A stretch of 62,890 nt of DNA, filler included, from Octopus bimaculoides (lineage: Eukaryota): the NCBI RefSeq assembly GCF_001194135.2. It is 7 parts of 7 records of this genome, joined end to end, with 100 filler letters (N's around TTAATTAATTAA, not from the genome) between each part and the next. Parts side by side here need not be neighbours in the genome. Positions count along the whole stretch, not along the records: positions 27,775 to 48,804 come from NC_068996.1; 6 more parts are not named here. The stretch is one strand, 5' to 3'. This document shows positions 36,870 to 48,904 of the stretch, piece by piece. The translations under genes and the position numbers were made by a program. The notes under the pieces were generated by a model that saw only the letters and a program-made list of their open reading frames with translations, was not told the DNA's origin and searched no databases. Each line of letters begins with the position of its first letter. Within the stretch, counting starts at the first letter, position 1.

Positions 36870-37225
36870 TGTTGTGTTGGCACTCCATCGCTTACGTCGA
36901 GGGTTCCAGTTGATCCAATCAATGGAACAGCTTGCTCGTGAAATTAACGTGCAAGTGGCTGAGCACTCCACAGACATGTGTACCCTTAACGTAGTTCTTG
37001 GGGATATTCAGCGTAACACAGTGTGACAAGGCTGACCCTTTGAATTACAGGCACAACAGAATCAGGACTGACCAAGGGCTAAACAACAAAAATAAGCCAG
37101 TAAAAGTAAGGTAAGTTTGTGGAATGCTCAGCCACTTGCACGTTAATTTCACGAGCAGGCTGTTCCGTTGATCGGATCAATGGGAACCCTCAACGTCGTA
37201 AGCAATGGAGTGCCAACAACAACAA
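36870..37225. mobile_element. Inverted pair of SINE family C tails (36870-37058 minus; 37118-37225 plus)
   Basis: The minus copy is flanked by TSD GAATCAGGACTG (36858-36869 and 37059-37070); ~100 bp of the two copies are complementary. Confidence 0.85.
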
Positions 37226-37470
37226 TTAGGACATAGAGGATGTAGGACTACATTATCTTATGAGTCTTCTTTGTTATCTTGTTATCGATGTTCAGCCCAG
37301 ACATATTATCAAAGATATTTCAGTTGTAACCATCTCATCTTTTTATTCAGTCATAGAATATGTAGGACTACATTAACTAATGTATCTTTCTTTGATGCTG
37401 CTGTTATTTAGTCCCAAAACCAGCTCTGATCAAAACAACCTATTGAAAATGTGCTCTACTAAAGGCAACA

Positions 37471-37502
<32 letters not shown>

Positions 37503-38100
37503 GGTGGTGGTGGTGGCGGCAGCAGCTGTTGTTGATGTGATGATGATGTATTTTATTTTTTAAGTTTCTTTTGCTTTGTTTTTGTTCTGCTTATCTCCCT
37601 CTCCTTCCAATTTCCAATATTGATTCAAAAACATAAGTTAATGGATTTTGTCTTAATTCACGTTTTTGTTGTTGTTGTTGCTGCTAAGGAAATTGTCATT
37701 CAATTAGTTGATGGATTTATTTATGATTTGAAAATTATGTTTATCCCTAAAAATCACACAGGATCCCAAATTATCTTTAATTACCTTTAATCACCCACTA
37801 ATTATCCAGTATTCAACCCTTCTGCCTTAAGGCAAACCTATTTTTGCACACAATATCCCTCACATCTGGCCATAATTTGACATAAGGTGGTGGTGGTGGT
37901 GGTCATCGTCGTTGTCGCCGTCATTGTCGATGTCGTCATCATCATCATTGTTGCTGCATTTGATGTTTCTACTGCTACTGTTATAGTTGCTATTTATTTT
38001 TTAATTAAACCAGATCTGCAAGCTGAGACTTGATCAATCCCTACTGAGCATTAAAATAACATTGACAGTAATAATAATAACAGTAATAATAATAATAATC

Positions 38101-38146
<46 letters not shown>

Positions 38147-38149
<3 letters not shown>

Positions 38150-39245
38150 CTAATACAAATAGCCACAAAACACGAGCAAAACAAAAAACTGTTTTCAGTA
38201 TTTAAGGAAGCTGACAAATACAAACAAGAAATCAATCTACCTAACAAATACGAAGAAGAAGAAGAAGAAACAACAAAAGCTATAAAACAAATGAAATCCA
38301 AACTAAAACTAGAACAGCAACGGACCATGATAAAACGATGGCAAGAAAAGCCCCTACATGGTAAATACTGGGCTAAACTAAATGCAAAAGAAATAGACAG
38401 AGAAAAATCCCAGCANNNNNNNNNNNNNNNNNNNNNNNNNNNNNNNNNNNNNNNNNNNNNNNNNNNNNNNNNNNNNNNNNNNNNNNNNNNNNNNNNNNNN
38501 NNNNNNNNNNNNNNNNNNNNNNNNNNNNNNNNNNNNNNNNNNNNNNNNNNNNNNNNNNNNNNNNNNNNNNNNNNNNNNNNNNNNNNNNNNNNNNNNNNNN
38601 NNNNNNNNNNNNNNNNNNNNNNNNNNNNNNNNNNNNNNNNNNNNNNNNNNNNNNNNNNNNNNNNNNNNNNNNNNNNNNNNNNNNNNNNNNNNNNNNNNNN
38701 NNNNNNNNNNNNNNNNNNNNNNNNNNNNNNNNNNNNNNNNNNNNNNNNNNNNNNNNNNNNNNNNNNNNNNNNNNNNNNNNNNNNNNNNNNNNNNNNNNNN
38801 NNNNNNNNNNNNNNNNNNNNNNNNNNNNNNNNNNNNNNNNNNNNNNNNNNNNNNNNNNNNNNNNNNNNNNNNNNNNNNNNNNNNNNNNNNNNNNNNNNNN
38901 NNNNNNNNNNNNNNNNNNNNNNNNNNNNNNNNNNNNNNNNNNNNNNNNNNNNNNNNNNNNNNNNNNNNNNNNNNNNNNNNNNNNNNNNNNNNNNNNNNNN
39001 NNNNNNNNNNNNNNNNNNNNNNATAAAAAAATATTCAGACAAATACATAACAAAAACACCAGGACTTACAAATATATATAACATACAGAAAATTGCACTA
39101 CTGGGTACTGCACACATTCTACGCAAAACACTTTCAATACAGTAAACATAAGAGCACCACAGCAAACCACAGCACATACCCAAGGCGCACAGAGCTGCGC
39201 TCGGTAGTGAAGTGAAAGCACGTTATAAAAATAAAACTACTGAAT
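38147..39245 (+). mobile_element. 5'-truncated R4/Dong-like LINE inserted in (TAA)n
   Basis: ..RWQEKPLHGKY..(gap)..IQKIALLGTAHILRKTLSIQ*, near-identical to 1-410; (TAA)n at 38065-38146 and 39243-39265. Confidence 0.9.
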
Positions 39246-39499
39246 AATAATAATAATAATAATAATGATGATGATGATGATGATGATATCAACAACGATA
39301 ATAAGTCTCCCAAAAAAATGAAATTAGGCTGTAAATCAGAAAACAACAAAGCAGATGTTTTAGTCACCAAAGAGAAGAAACTGTTTATTGTCCATCAGCA
39401 CAGTGCATCCATTTGATGCCAGAGTGAAGACAAAAGACAAAAGAATAAGTAGAATATTACACCAGCTTAAAGTTTGAAAATGTTAAATCCTGGAACATA

Positions 39500-40555
39500 G
39501 AACTTGAAAATAGTCATGACATTGCGCACAACATCTGATGCCCAGTATTTCTTTCAAATCACTTAAACTTTGTCATATATGCACACTGACATTACTCATC
39601 CAGCAGAGCATACTGGTTTCGTTTTTTTCAAGCCTTCACATATTCATAGTTGTCACAGCTCATGTCTCACTGCCATGTAGCATAGCTGTTCATACACAGG
39701 CATCATACAATCTGTTTTTCATTTTGAAGGAGAGGCCTTCATTCCTAACAGAGGTAGTAAGCTCTCTGAACTTCGCCCGGCCTATTCTTATTCTAGCAGC
39801 TATGCTTTCAGAACAACTTCACCCACAACTAACTTGGTCACCTAAGTAACAGAAACTGTCTATTACTTCTAAGGATCCCCCTTGAGATTTATAGGAGTCC
39901 ATTTTTTGTACATTCTTGGTGTTTAATGTACCTGCACATCTGCCACATGTAAAAACTTTCTCCGTTAATCTCCTAGTGATACTGCTGCACTTCTTATGTG
40001 TCCTAGTTTGCATTGAATACACCATATGGAGTTTCTCCCAACACCTTTTCTATATATTGAGTCAGGCCATCTCTCTCATTTGTCTGAATTTCTCAGGCCA
40101 TCTCTCTGATTTGTCTGTTTTCCTACTTATTACTACTTTGGTCTTGGTTAAATTAACTTAAAAGGCCCTTTGATTTCAATCCTTGTTTCCATACCTATAA
40201 TTTCTTCTCTAGTTCTGGTAGTGATTCAGCAATAAGAACAAGGTCATCAGCACAGAGGAGCTCCCAAGGGCAGCCAGACTTAAACTCCTCAGTTATAGCT
40301 TGGAGGACTATGAAAAACAAGAGGGGACTAAGAACCGATCCCTGTTGAACTCCTACTTCTACACTAAATTCCTTGATGTACTCATTCGTGATTTTCACCT
40401 TACTGACAGCATTCCTGTACATAGCCTTTACAGCTCTCACCAACCAGCCATCGATCCCTAGCTTCTGCATTGTCCACCAGATAAGGGATCAGGGGACCCT
40501 GTCAAAGGCTATCTCCATGTCAACAAAAGCCAGATACAAATGTTTATTTTTGGCC
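39500..40555 (-). mobile_element. Decayed RTE-clade LINE
   Basis: YLAFVDME.AFDRVP..GVQQGSVLSPLLF..WELLCADDL..FCYLGDQ. Confidence 0.88.
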
Positions 40556-40569
40556 ATATATAATCGAAA

Positions 40570-40785
40570 TGTTTGTCTGTTTGGCCCCTGCCATGGCTTG
40601 ACAACCGGTGTTGAAATGTTTATGTCCCTATAACATAACAGTTCAGCAAAAGAGACTGACGCAATAAGTACCAAACTTGAAAAACAAAGGTACTGAGTTT
40701 CGTTCGTTTGACTAAAAAGCCCCTTAAGTCAGTGCCCCAACATGACCACAGTCTAATGACTAAAGCAAGTAAAAGTTAAAAGCTA
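40570..40785 (+). mobile_element. SINE family B tail
   Basis: GCTTGACAACCGGTG...GTGCCCCAACATGACCACAGTC. Confidence 0.7.
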
Positions 40786-41024
40786 AATGATGTCAATTAT
40801 CAATATTAAGGATTTTGGTAACAATGACAAAGAATTTGAGGACATACTTTGGAAAAGTAGGCTTAATTTGGGAATGGGTGCAGTGTTTCCTAGGTTAAGC
40901 AATAATTATCAAGAAAATTTTTGATACAAAAAATGGACAAATATGAACAGCAGAATAATAATGATGATGATAATAACAATAATAATAATAATTATAATAA
41001 TAATAATAATAATAATAATAATCC

Positions 41025-41666
41025 TTTCTAATTTAGGCATAAAGGCAAAGTTGATGAAAGGCAAAGTTGATGAAAGGCAAAGTCGACCTTGGTGGAATTT
41101 GAACACAGAACATAGCATTTCGTCCAGCAAGCTAACAATTCTTATTTCTTTACTGCCCACAAGGGGCTACACACAGAGGGGACAAACAAGGACAGACAAA
41201 GGGATTAAGTCGACTATATCAACCCCAGTGCATAACTGGTACTTATTTAATCGACCCCGAAAGGATGAAAGGCAAAGTCGACCTTGGCAGAATTTGAACT
41301 CTGAACGTAACGGCAGACAAAATACGGTTAAGCATTTCGCCAGGCGTGCTAACGTTTCTGCCAGCTCACCACCTTTATAACAATAATAATGGCTTCAAAT
41401 TTTGCCACAAGAGCAACAATTTGGGGGAGGGGATGAGTTGATTACATCGATCCTAGTGTTCAGCGGGCACTTATTTTATCGGTCTTGAAAAGATGAAAAG
41501 TAAAATCGACCTTGGAGGATGGAAAGCAGAGTGGATTTTGGTGGCATTTGAACTCAAAGTATAAAGGCACATGAAATGCCACTAAGCATTTAATCTATAG
41601 CGATGGGCGAAATACTGCTAAGCATTTCATCCAAGATGCTAACGATTCTGCCAGCTCACCACCTTC

Positions 41667-41701
<35 letters not shown>

Positions 41702-41900
41702 CCTTTCTATTATAAGCACAAGGCCTGGAATTTATGGGGAGGGGGATAGTCGATCACATTAACCTCAGTACTTGACTGGTACTTAATTTATCAACCCAAA
41801 GAGGATGAACCTCAGCAGAATTTGAATTCACAACCTAAGAACAGACAAAATACCTCTAAGCATTTTGCCAGGTGTGCTAATGATTCTGCCAGCTTGCCAT
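41025..41900 (-). mobile_element. Head-to-tail array of SINE family A copies separated by (AAT)n
   Basis: GAAAGGCAAAGTCGACC...GAATTTGAAC...AAGCATTT...CTGCCAGCTC recurs at about 41050, 41270, 41490-41660 and 41800-41900. Confidence 0.85.
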
Positions 41901-41924
41901 AGGAATATTACAAGTGCATTAGGA

Positions 41925-42420
41925 TGTTAGCTAAGTGTATGGCTTCAGAACAACAGGAAAGTGGTACAAACATGTACCGATGGTTGTGATAGAGAATGAG
42001 AATTACAGGATTTTATGAGACTTCTCTATAAAGACTGACCCCATTATTGAAGCAAGAAGACCACATATGACTATAGTGGATTAAAATAAACAAACAGTGA
42101 AAGATCATGCCATATGATAAAAGAGTGGATACCAAAGATATTGAGAAAAGTGAGACATATCAGGATCTAGGCAGAGAGCTGAAGAGACTGTAGAAGCGTA
42201 AGACAACAATTATTCCTATAGTAATCAGTGCACTTGGCACAACATCCAAAATGCCACCTGAGAGACTGTAACAGACTGGAATTGAGAATCACATTGTCAA
42301 CCTGCACAAAAGTAGCATCCTACATCCTACAAGGATGTAGGATGCTACTTTTCTGCAGATCCTAAGGAAGATTCTTGTGATTTCAGAAGATTTATTGTCA
42401 CCAAACCTCAAGATAACATG
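41925..42420 (+). mobile_element. Degenerate R4/Dong-like RLE fragment
   Basis: WYKHVP.VVIENE..IL*DFSIKTD..IEARRP..YQDL.RELKRL..IIPIVISALG. Confidence 0.8.
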
Positions 42421-42459
42421 CCAGCTAATTAAATTAACATGTACTAGCTAGATAATTAT

Positions 42460-43200
<741 letters not shown>

Positions 43201-43204
43201 AGCA

Positions 43205-44500
43205 CACTCTTATTCATCATAGTCCTCCAGCCCAAAACAGAGGAATTCGAAACTGGGTACCCGTGGGAACTACTATATGCTGATGACCTTGCTCTTATTT
43301 TAGAATCTTTAGCAGAATTGGAGAACAAATTCCAGGTATGAAAACAAATCTGGAATCAATGGGCCTTAAAGTTAACCTAGCAAAGACAAAAGTGGTTGTT
43401 AGTAAGACAGAAGATAAAACTTTCTTTCTGTCAGGTAAATGACCCTGCTCCATATGTAAGAAAGGAATTGGAAGAAATTCCATTTGCTGCACCCAGTGTA
43501 AACTATGGACACATAAGAGGTAGATTAACAGATAAAGTTGTTTATATATGTGGCAGATGTGCAGGAACAATAAGCACTAAGAGTACATGGGAATTAGATT
43601 CTCTCAAATGCCCAAGAGGATCTCTTGAGGTTGGAGATAGTTTCTGTTACCTAGGTGACCAAATTAGTAATGGTGGAGAATGCTCTGAATGTATTGTTTC
43701 TAGAATAAGAATTGGGTGGAGGAAGTTCAGAGAACTACTACCTCTCTTGGCAACGAAAGGACTCTCTCTCAGAGTGAAAGGTAGACTATATGATGCTTGT
43801 GTATGAACGGCTATACTCCATGGTAGTAAGACATGGGCTCTGAATGCAGAAGACATGTGTAGACTGGAGAGAAATGAAGGCAATATGCTTCAATAGATGT
43901 GCAACATCAATGCACATGTATGGCAAAGTGCAAATATATTGAGAGAAAAGTTGGGTATAAGAGGAATCAAATGTAGCATGCAAGAGAGAAGACTATGTTG
44001 GTTTGGAAATGTGATATGTATGAATGAAGACAGCTGCATAAAGAAGTGCCGATCACTGAAAGTAGATAGTACCCACAGAAGAGGGAGACCCAGGAAGGTG
44101 TGGGATGAAGTTGTAAGGATCAATCTCAGGATGTTGGGCCTTACAGAGGAAATGACAATGGACAGAGATGTCTGGTGGCATGAAGTTCTTGAGAAGACCC
44201 ACCCACATCAGCAGAACTGAGTTTTAGAAGTATTGTGTATCCCACCCATTCTTAACAAGAAAACTTCTCACACACTCTACCACAACAAACCAAACTACAT
44301 CTCTACATTTCTTCTCTTCCATCAATTTCCACTTCATGTACTATGATTACCTCCCACTCCCCAATCCTGTCCTCTGGGCCCTGTGCCACTGTATCATTGC
44401 TTTCCACTTGTCCCCAACCAGTGCATTCTACCCACATGCCCACTCTGTTATTGCTATCTGCTATTTCCCCCCAACCTACATATAACAAGAAAACTTTAAT
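43205..44500 (+). mobile_element. Decayed RTE-clade LINE (RT to C-terminus and 3' UTR)
   Basis: WELLYADDL (43276-43287), FCYLGDQ..RIRIGWRKFREL, RGRPRKVWDEVV; stop at 44218-44220. Confidence 0.88.
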
Positions 44501-44799
44501 AAGAAGTATGGGTCAGCTATAAATAACAACCCAATATATACATGCTATTGTTTCTAGATTTATATGTTTTAAGGTCTCTGGTGTACAGCCTGCTGCTTCC
44601 TCCCCCATCTGCTGTTTAATCCACACAATTTCCTTTTTTTTCTTTCCTTCTTTTTTTTTTGTTTCCTTGGTGAGGTAGTTATGGAATTTTTTTCTCAATA
44701 ATTTGATCTTTTATATTTATAATTTTTTTCTTTCTTTTCTTCCAGTAAAAATATCTTGTTAATAAAAATTGTAATTTACAATAAAAAAAAAACCCATTA

Positions 44800-45210
44800 G
44801 GCACAGGTGTGGCTGTGTGGTAGGAAGCCTGCTTGCCAACCACATGGTTCAGGGTTCAGTTCCACTGTGTGGCATCTTGGGCAAGTGTCTTCTACTTATA
44901 GTCTCAGGCCAACCAAAGCCTTCTGAGTGGATTTGGTAGACGAAAATTGAAAGAAGCTTGACATATATGTATGTATGTAAGTGTGTGTGTGTGGTGTGTC
45001 TGTTTGTCCCCCACCTCTGCTTGACAACTGGTGTTGGTGTGTTTACATCCCTGTAACTTAGCAGCTTGGCAAAACTGACCAATAGAATAAGTATCAGGCT
45101 TAACAAAAAATAAGTGCCTGGGGTCAGTTCATTTGGTTAAAAATTCTTTAAAGTGGTGCTCCAGCATGGCCACAGTCTAGTGACTGAATCAAATAAAAGA
45201 TAAAAGATTT
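44800..45210 (+). mobile_element. Full-length SINE family B
   Basis: GGCACAGGTGTGGCTGTGTGGTAGG head, CORE-like CATCTTGGGCAAGTGTCTT, short (TG)n and tail. Confidence 0.88.
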
Positions 45211-45818
45211 CATACTTTATTAAAAAGCAGCAAAGATATCACAAAAAGATTTCTTGTTCTCTCAAAAGTTTATATAATTCTAATGACATCAATTTTTTTT
45301 TTATTTTTGCTTTCTCAAAATTGGTTGGTGCACTAGATGAGTGTATAATAAATTATTCACCTTAATACCTTTTTAAGCCTTGCTGACTAACTTAATCCTT
45401 GTTAGTAACTGAAACTTTTCTACCTTAACAGGATGCAACATGATTAGAAATAAAATTAAACAAAAAATTAATGGAAACAATTTTTTAATCACAAACATAA
45501 ATGAAAGTTAGTTTTCCGAATTGATTTTTCTCACTGAATCTTGTATGAATAAAACCAGCAAATAAAATGACATCATCATCATCGTTTAACGTCCGCTTTC
45601 CATGCTAGCATGGGTTGGACGATTTGACTGAGGACTGGTGAAACCGGATGGCAACACCAGCCTGACAATTAATCAAAACAACTGACCACATAAAATGCTT
45701 GGTGATGTTGAACATGTTTGCTTTTACTAAGCAGCATCTCTTCTCTAAATGAATAAACATTTGATCAAAGGAGCTCCAGCCATGACCATCTCAGCTTATT
45801 TTATACAAGCGTCTACAT

Positions 45819-46114
45819 TAGTGGTTCTCAACTATTTTTTGCCTATGTACTCCTTTGATTCCTAGCTTACTTTCAAGGACCCTCATAGCCATTCAATTCA
45901 TTAAAAGAATCCAATTATATTTTTTATAATCAAATATTATTAGGAATTGTATAAAAAAAATTGTTAAAATATTTTGTTTATTGTTGTAATATAACCAATT
46001 TATTATACATAAACTTTAACAACAAAATTTTATATGGACACTCAAGGGTCATATGGACACTCAAGGGTCATATGGACACTCAAGGGTCATATGGACCCCA
46101 GTTGAGAACCACTG
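45819..46114. mobile_element. hAT MITE with an internal 19-bp unit repeated about 3.4 times
   Basis: TIRs TAGTGGTTCTCAACT and AGTTGAGAACCACTG; TSD GTCTACAT/ATCTACAC; ATATGGACACTCAAGGGTC starts at 46032, 46051 and 46070. Confidence 0.85.
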
Positions 46115-46779
46115 ATCTACACTGTCCAAAGTAACCTTCTTCATTTTAGATGGCTGGGTGAGAAGATTCAAAGAAGATTTGGCTGCTATTTGTCATAAGT
46201 TTTCCACCATGTAGAGGTGCCCTTGTTTTGTAATAAAGGGTAAACACTGAGTTAGCTACATCTATGACTCGAATCAGTTCCTTCTTGTGATGGTTAAAGG
46301 GTATCACAAGGAGCATTTCATGTTAAAATTCATCACATGCAACCAACCTCCATCAGGTGCACATATTTCTTAGCAATATGTGCACCTGTTTAACTAATGC
46401 TCATCGTCTCTGTTTAACCAAATGCATATATGAGATTGATTCATTCTCTGTATTGATATTTTGATATTTTAAGTAATGTAAATATTGGTACTTTGGATGT
46501 ATTATTCAAATATGCTTACCATATGCTCATATGTTTGAGCACAAATGTACACAAGAAACTCTCAAATATATAAACAAAAACATGTAACCCAGTAAATATA
46601 AACTTAAGTGTAAATAAAGAAACACATGCCTACAACTGGATAAATATATCCCTCACAACACAAAACCAAACCCATCATGTGTGTGTGTGTGTGTGTGTGC
46701 GCACATCATCATCATCACTTAACGTCTGTAGGACTAGAAAAGAAAACAGTATCTCATCCAAAACTAGTAGCTGCCTTCA

Positions 46780-47300
46780 TCTTCCACCACAGCTTTAAGA
46801 CAACTCCAGAACCTGGCACATGCATTCTTCACAGTGTTGCTGGAAAGATCTTCAAACACTTCCTTGATCATAAGCACCAGCTCAGCCTTAGTGGTGTTGT
46901 AGGCAGAGAAGTTGATGTCTTCCTCAGCCAAGTCCTACACACAATAATCCATGGGATTACAATCAGGTTAATCAGGAGGCAGAAATTAGAGCTTGTGAAA
47001 TTGAAAAAATTTTCCGACTACTTCTGTCTTTTCCAGGAAGTACAGCAAGGAACCAAATCCTGTTGCTACACATATGGCCTTCCAGCAACAACTCTCTCCA
47101 GTGAGAACTTGGCCACATTCTCCAGCAGCTTCACATAGCCACCTCAATTTCATTGATCAATTTCTGCATGTGGATGCTGTCACAATACATGCTGTGTCCT
47201 TTCCTGTCGGTCACAGCTTTGTAGCCTCTGTTGCAGCTGTCAATGTCACATTTTACAACTTTTACAGTGTTCACAGACAATTGAGCAGCAGTCATTTCCA
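46780..47300 (-). mobile_element. Tc1/mariner-superfamily transposase relic, DD37D (maT)-like
   Basis: QQD.VPC.TS..(about 36-37 aa, with frameshift)..PDCNPMDY, then AYNTKAEL..VFEDL..VKNACARF..AVVEDEG. Confidence 0.7.
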
Positions 47301-47976
47301 ATATTCTACAAAAACATGTCTGGCTATGGAGAAATATTATGTTGCTTGGAAACAGGTGAAGGTTGGCGACAGGAAAGGCACCTTGGGAAAGTGTTTCCTG
47401 TTGTAACCTTGGCTAACCAAAGACTTGTGAGTGGATTTGGTAGTCAGAAACTGAAAGAAGTTCATCATATACATATATATATAAGTGATAAAATGATAAG
47501 GGTACAAGAATCTGAGGGAAATGTGGTGGCATAGTGAGTGTGGCTGATATCACGGAAGGGGAGAATAGCGTTATGTAAGCAACAAATATGGAGTAACAGT
47601 GGGATGTAATGTTAATGCAGCTGTCACTCAGGGATATACACGTGATGCTGTGTACATACTTTCATAAAGACATAGATACATGCATACACATACACACACA
47701 CACACTTGCACATACACATAAGTAACTTTTTAAATGCAGAGGAAGGGAAAGAATGGTGGGTGTGAGGTTTAAGGTGAGAGTGGGATAGATAGCTTTTCTA
47801 CTGTCCTTCACAAAGAAACACTCACACACAGACACACACACACACAGACACACACACACACACACACACATTCATGCATATATATATACATACGTACAAA
47901 ACATAGATATATCTACTACGCACCATTTTAAACTCAAGATTACCTGTGTGTACGTTTGTAAATGTGTGTGTATGTA

Positions 47977-48085
<109 letters not shown>

Positions 48086-48469
48086 ACGTGATGTCCTATA
48101 ACTGTCTGTCTCTCTACTTTTGTAGGGCTTTTCCTGTTGCTGTCATATATTGTGAAATTCTAACATTACTTCAAAATTTCCAAATTTGGTATATTGAAAT
48201 AATTTTCTGATTTTGTTATTTATTTGTTCCAGAAAAATTGTAGAAAAATGTTACTGAGGTTTAAAGTTTAATCAATTACACCTAATCAGAAAACAGGATT
48301 TGGAAGTTGGTATTTTCTGCATGATAGCTATCAATCACAAAATGAAAGCAAAATCATTACGAGGAGAAATTTTTATTAAACAAAGGAAAGGAAAGACGAC
48401 CAAAGTTGTAAGAACTTCTGAAGTTTTAACAAGTTTTAATAAAGTCATGTGAAACGGTAAAACAGACAT

Positions 48470-48804
48470 ACTCTTTTACTCTTTTACTCTTTTACTTGTT
48501 TCAGTCTTTTGACTGTGGCCATGCTGGAGCACCACCTTTAGTCGAGCAAATTGACCCAGGACTTATTCTTTGGAAGCCTAGTACTTATTCTATCGGTCTC
48601 TTTTTGCCAAACCGCTAAGATACGGGAACATAAACACACCAGCATCGGTTGCCAAGCGATGTTGTGGGGACAAACACAGACACACAAACACACACATATA
48701 TATATACATATACATATATACGACAGGCTTCTTTCAGTTTCCGTCTACCAAATCCACTCACAAGGCTTTGGTCGGCCCGAGGCTATAGTAGAAGACACTT
48801 GCCC
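48470..48804 (-). mobile_element. SINE family B (5' end runs into a gap)
   Basis: Tail, (CA/TA)n and head segments as in 2466-3062. Confidence 0.88.
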
Positions 48805-48904
48805 NNNNNNNNNNNNNNNNNNNNNNNNNNNNNNNNNNNNNNNNNNNNTTAATTAATTAANNNNNNNNNNNNNNNNNNNNNNNNNNNNNNNNNNNNNNNN
48901 NNNN

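Noticed and set aside
48233-48309. Apparent exon with a strong acceptor and GT donor
   Set aside because: All three frames contain stop codons.
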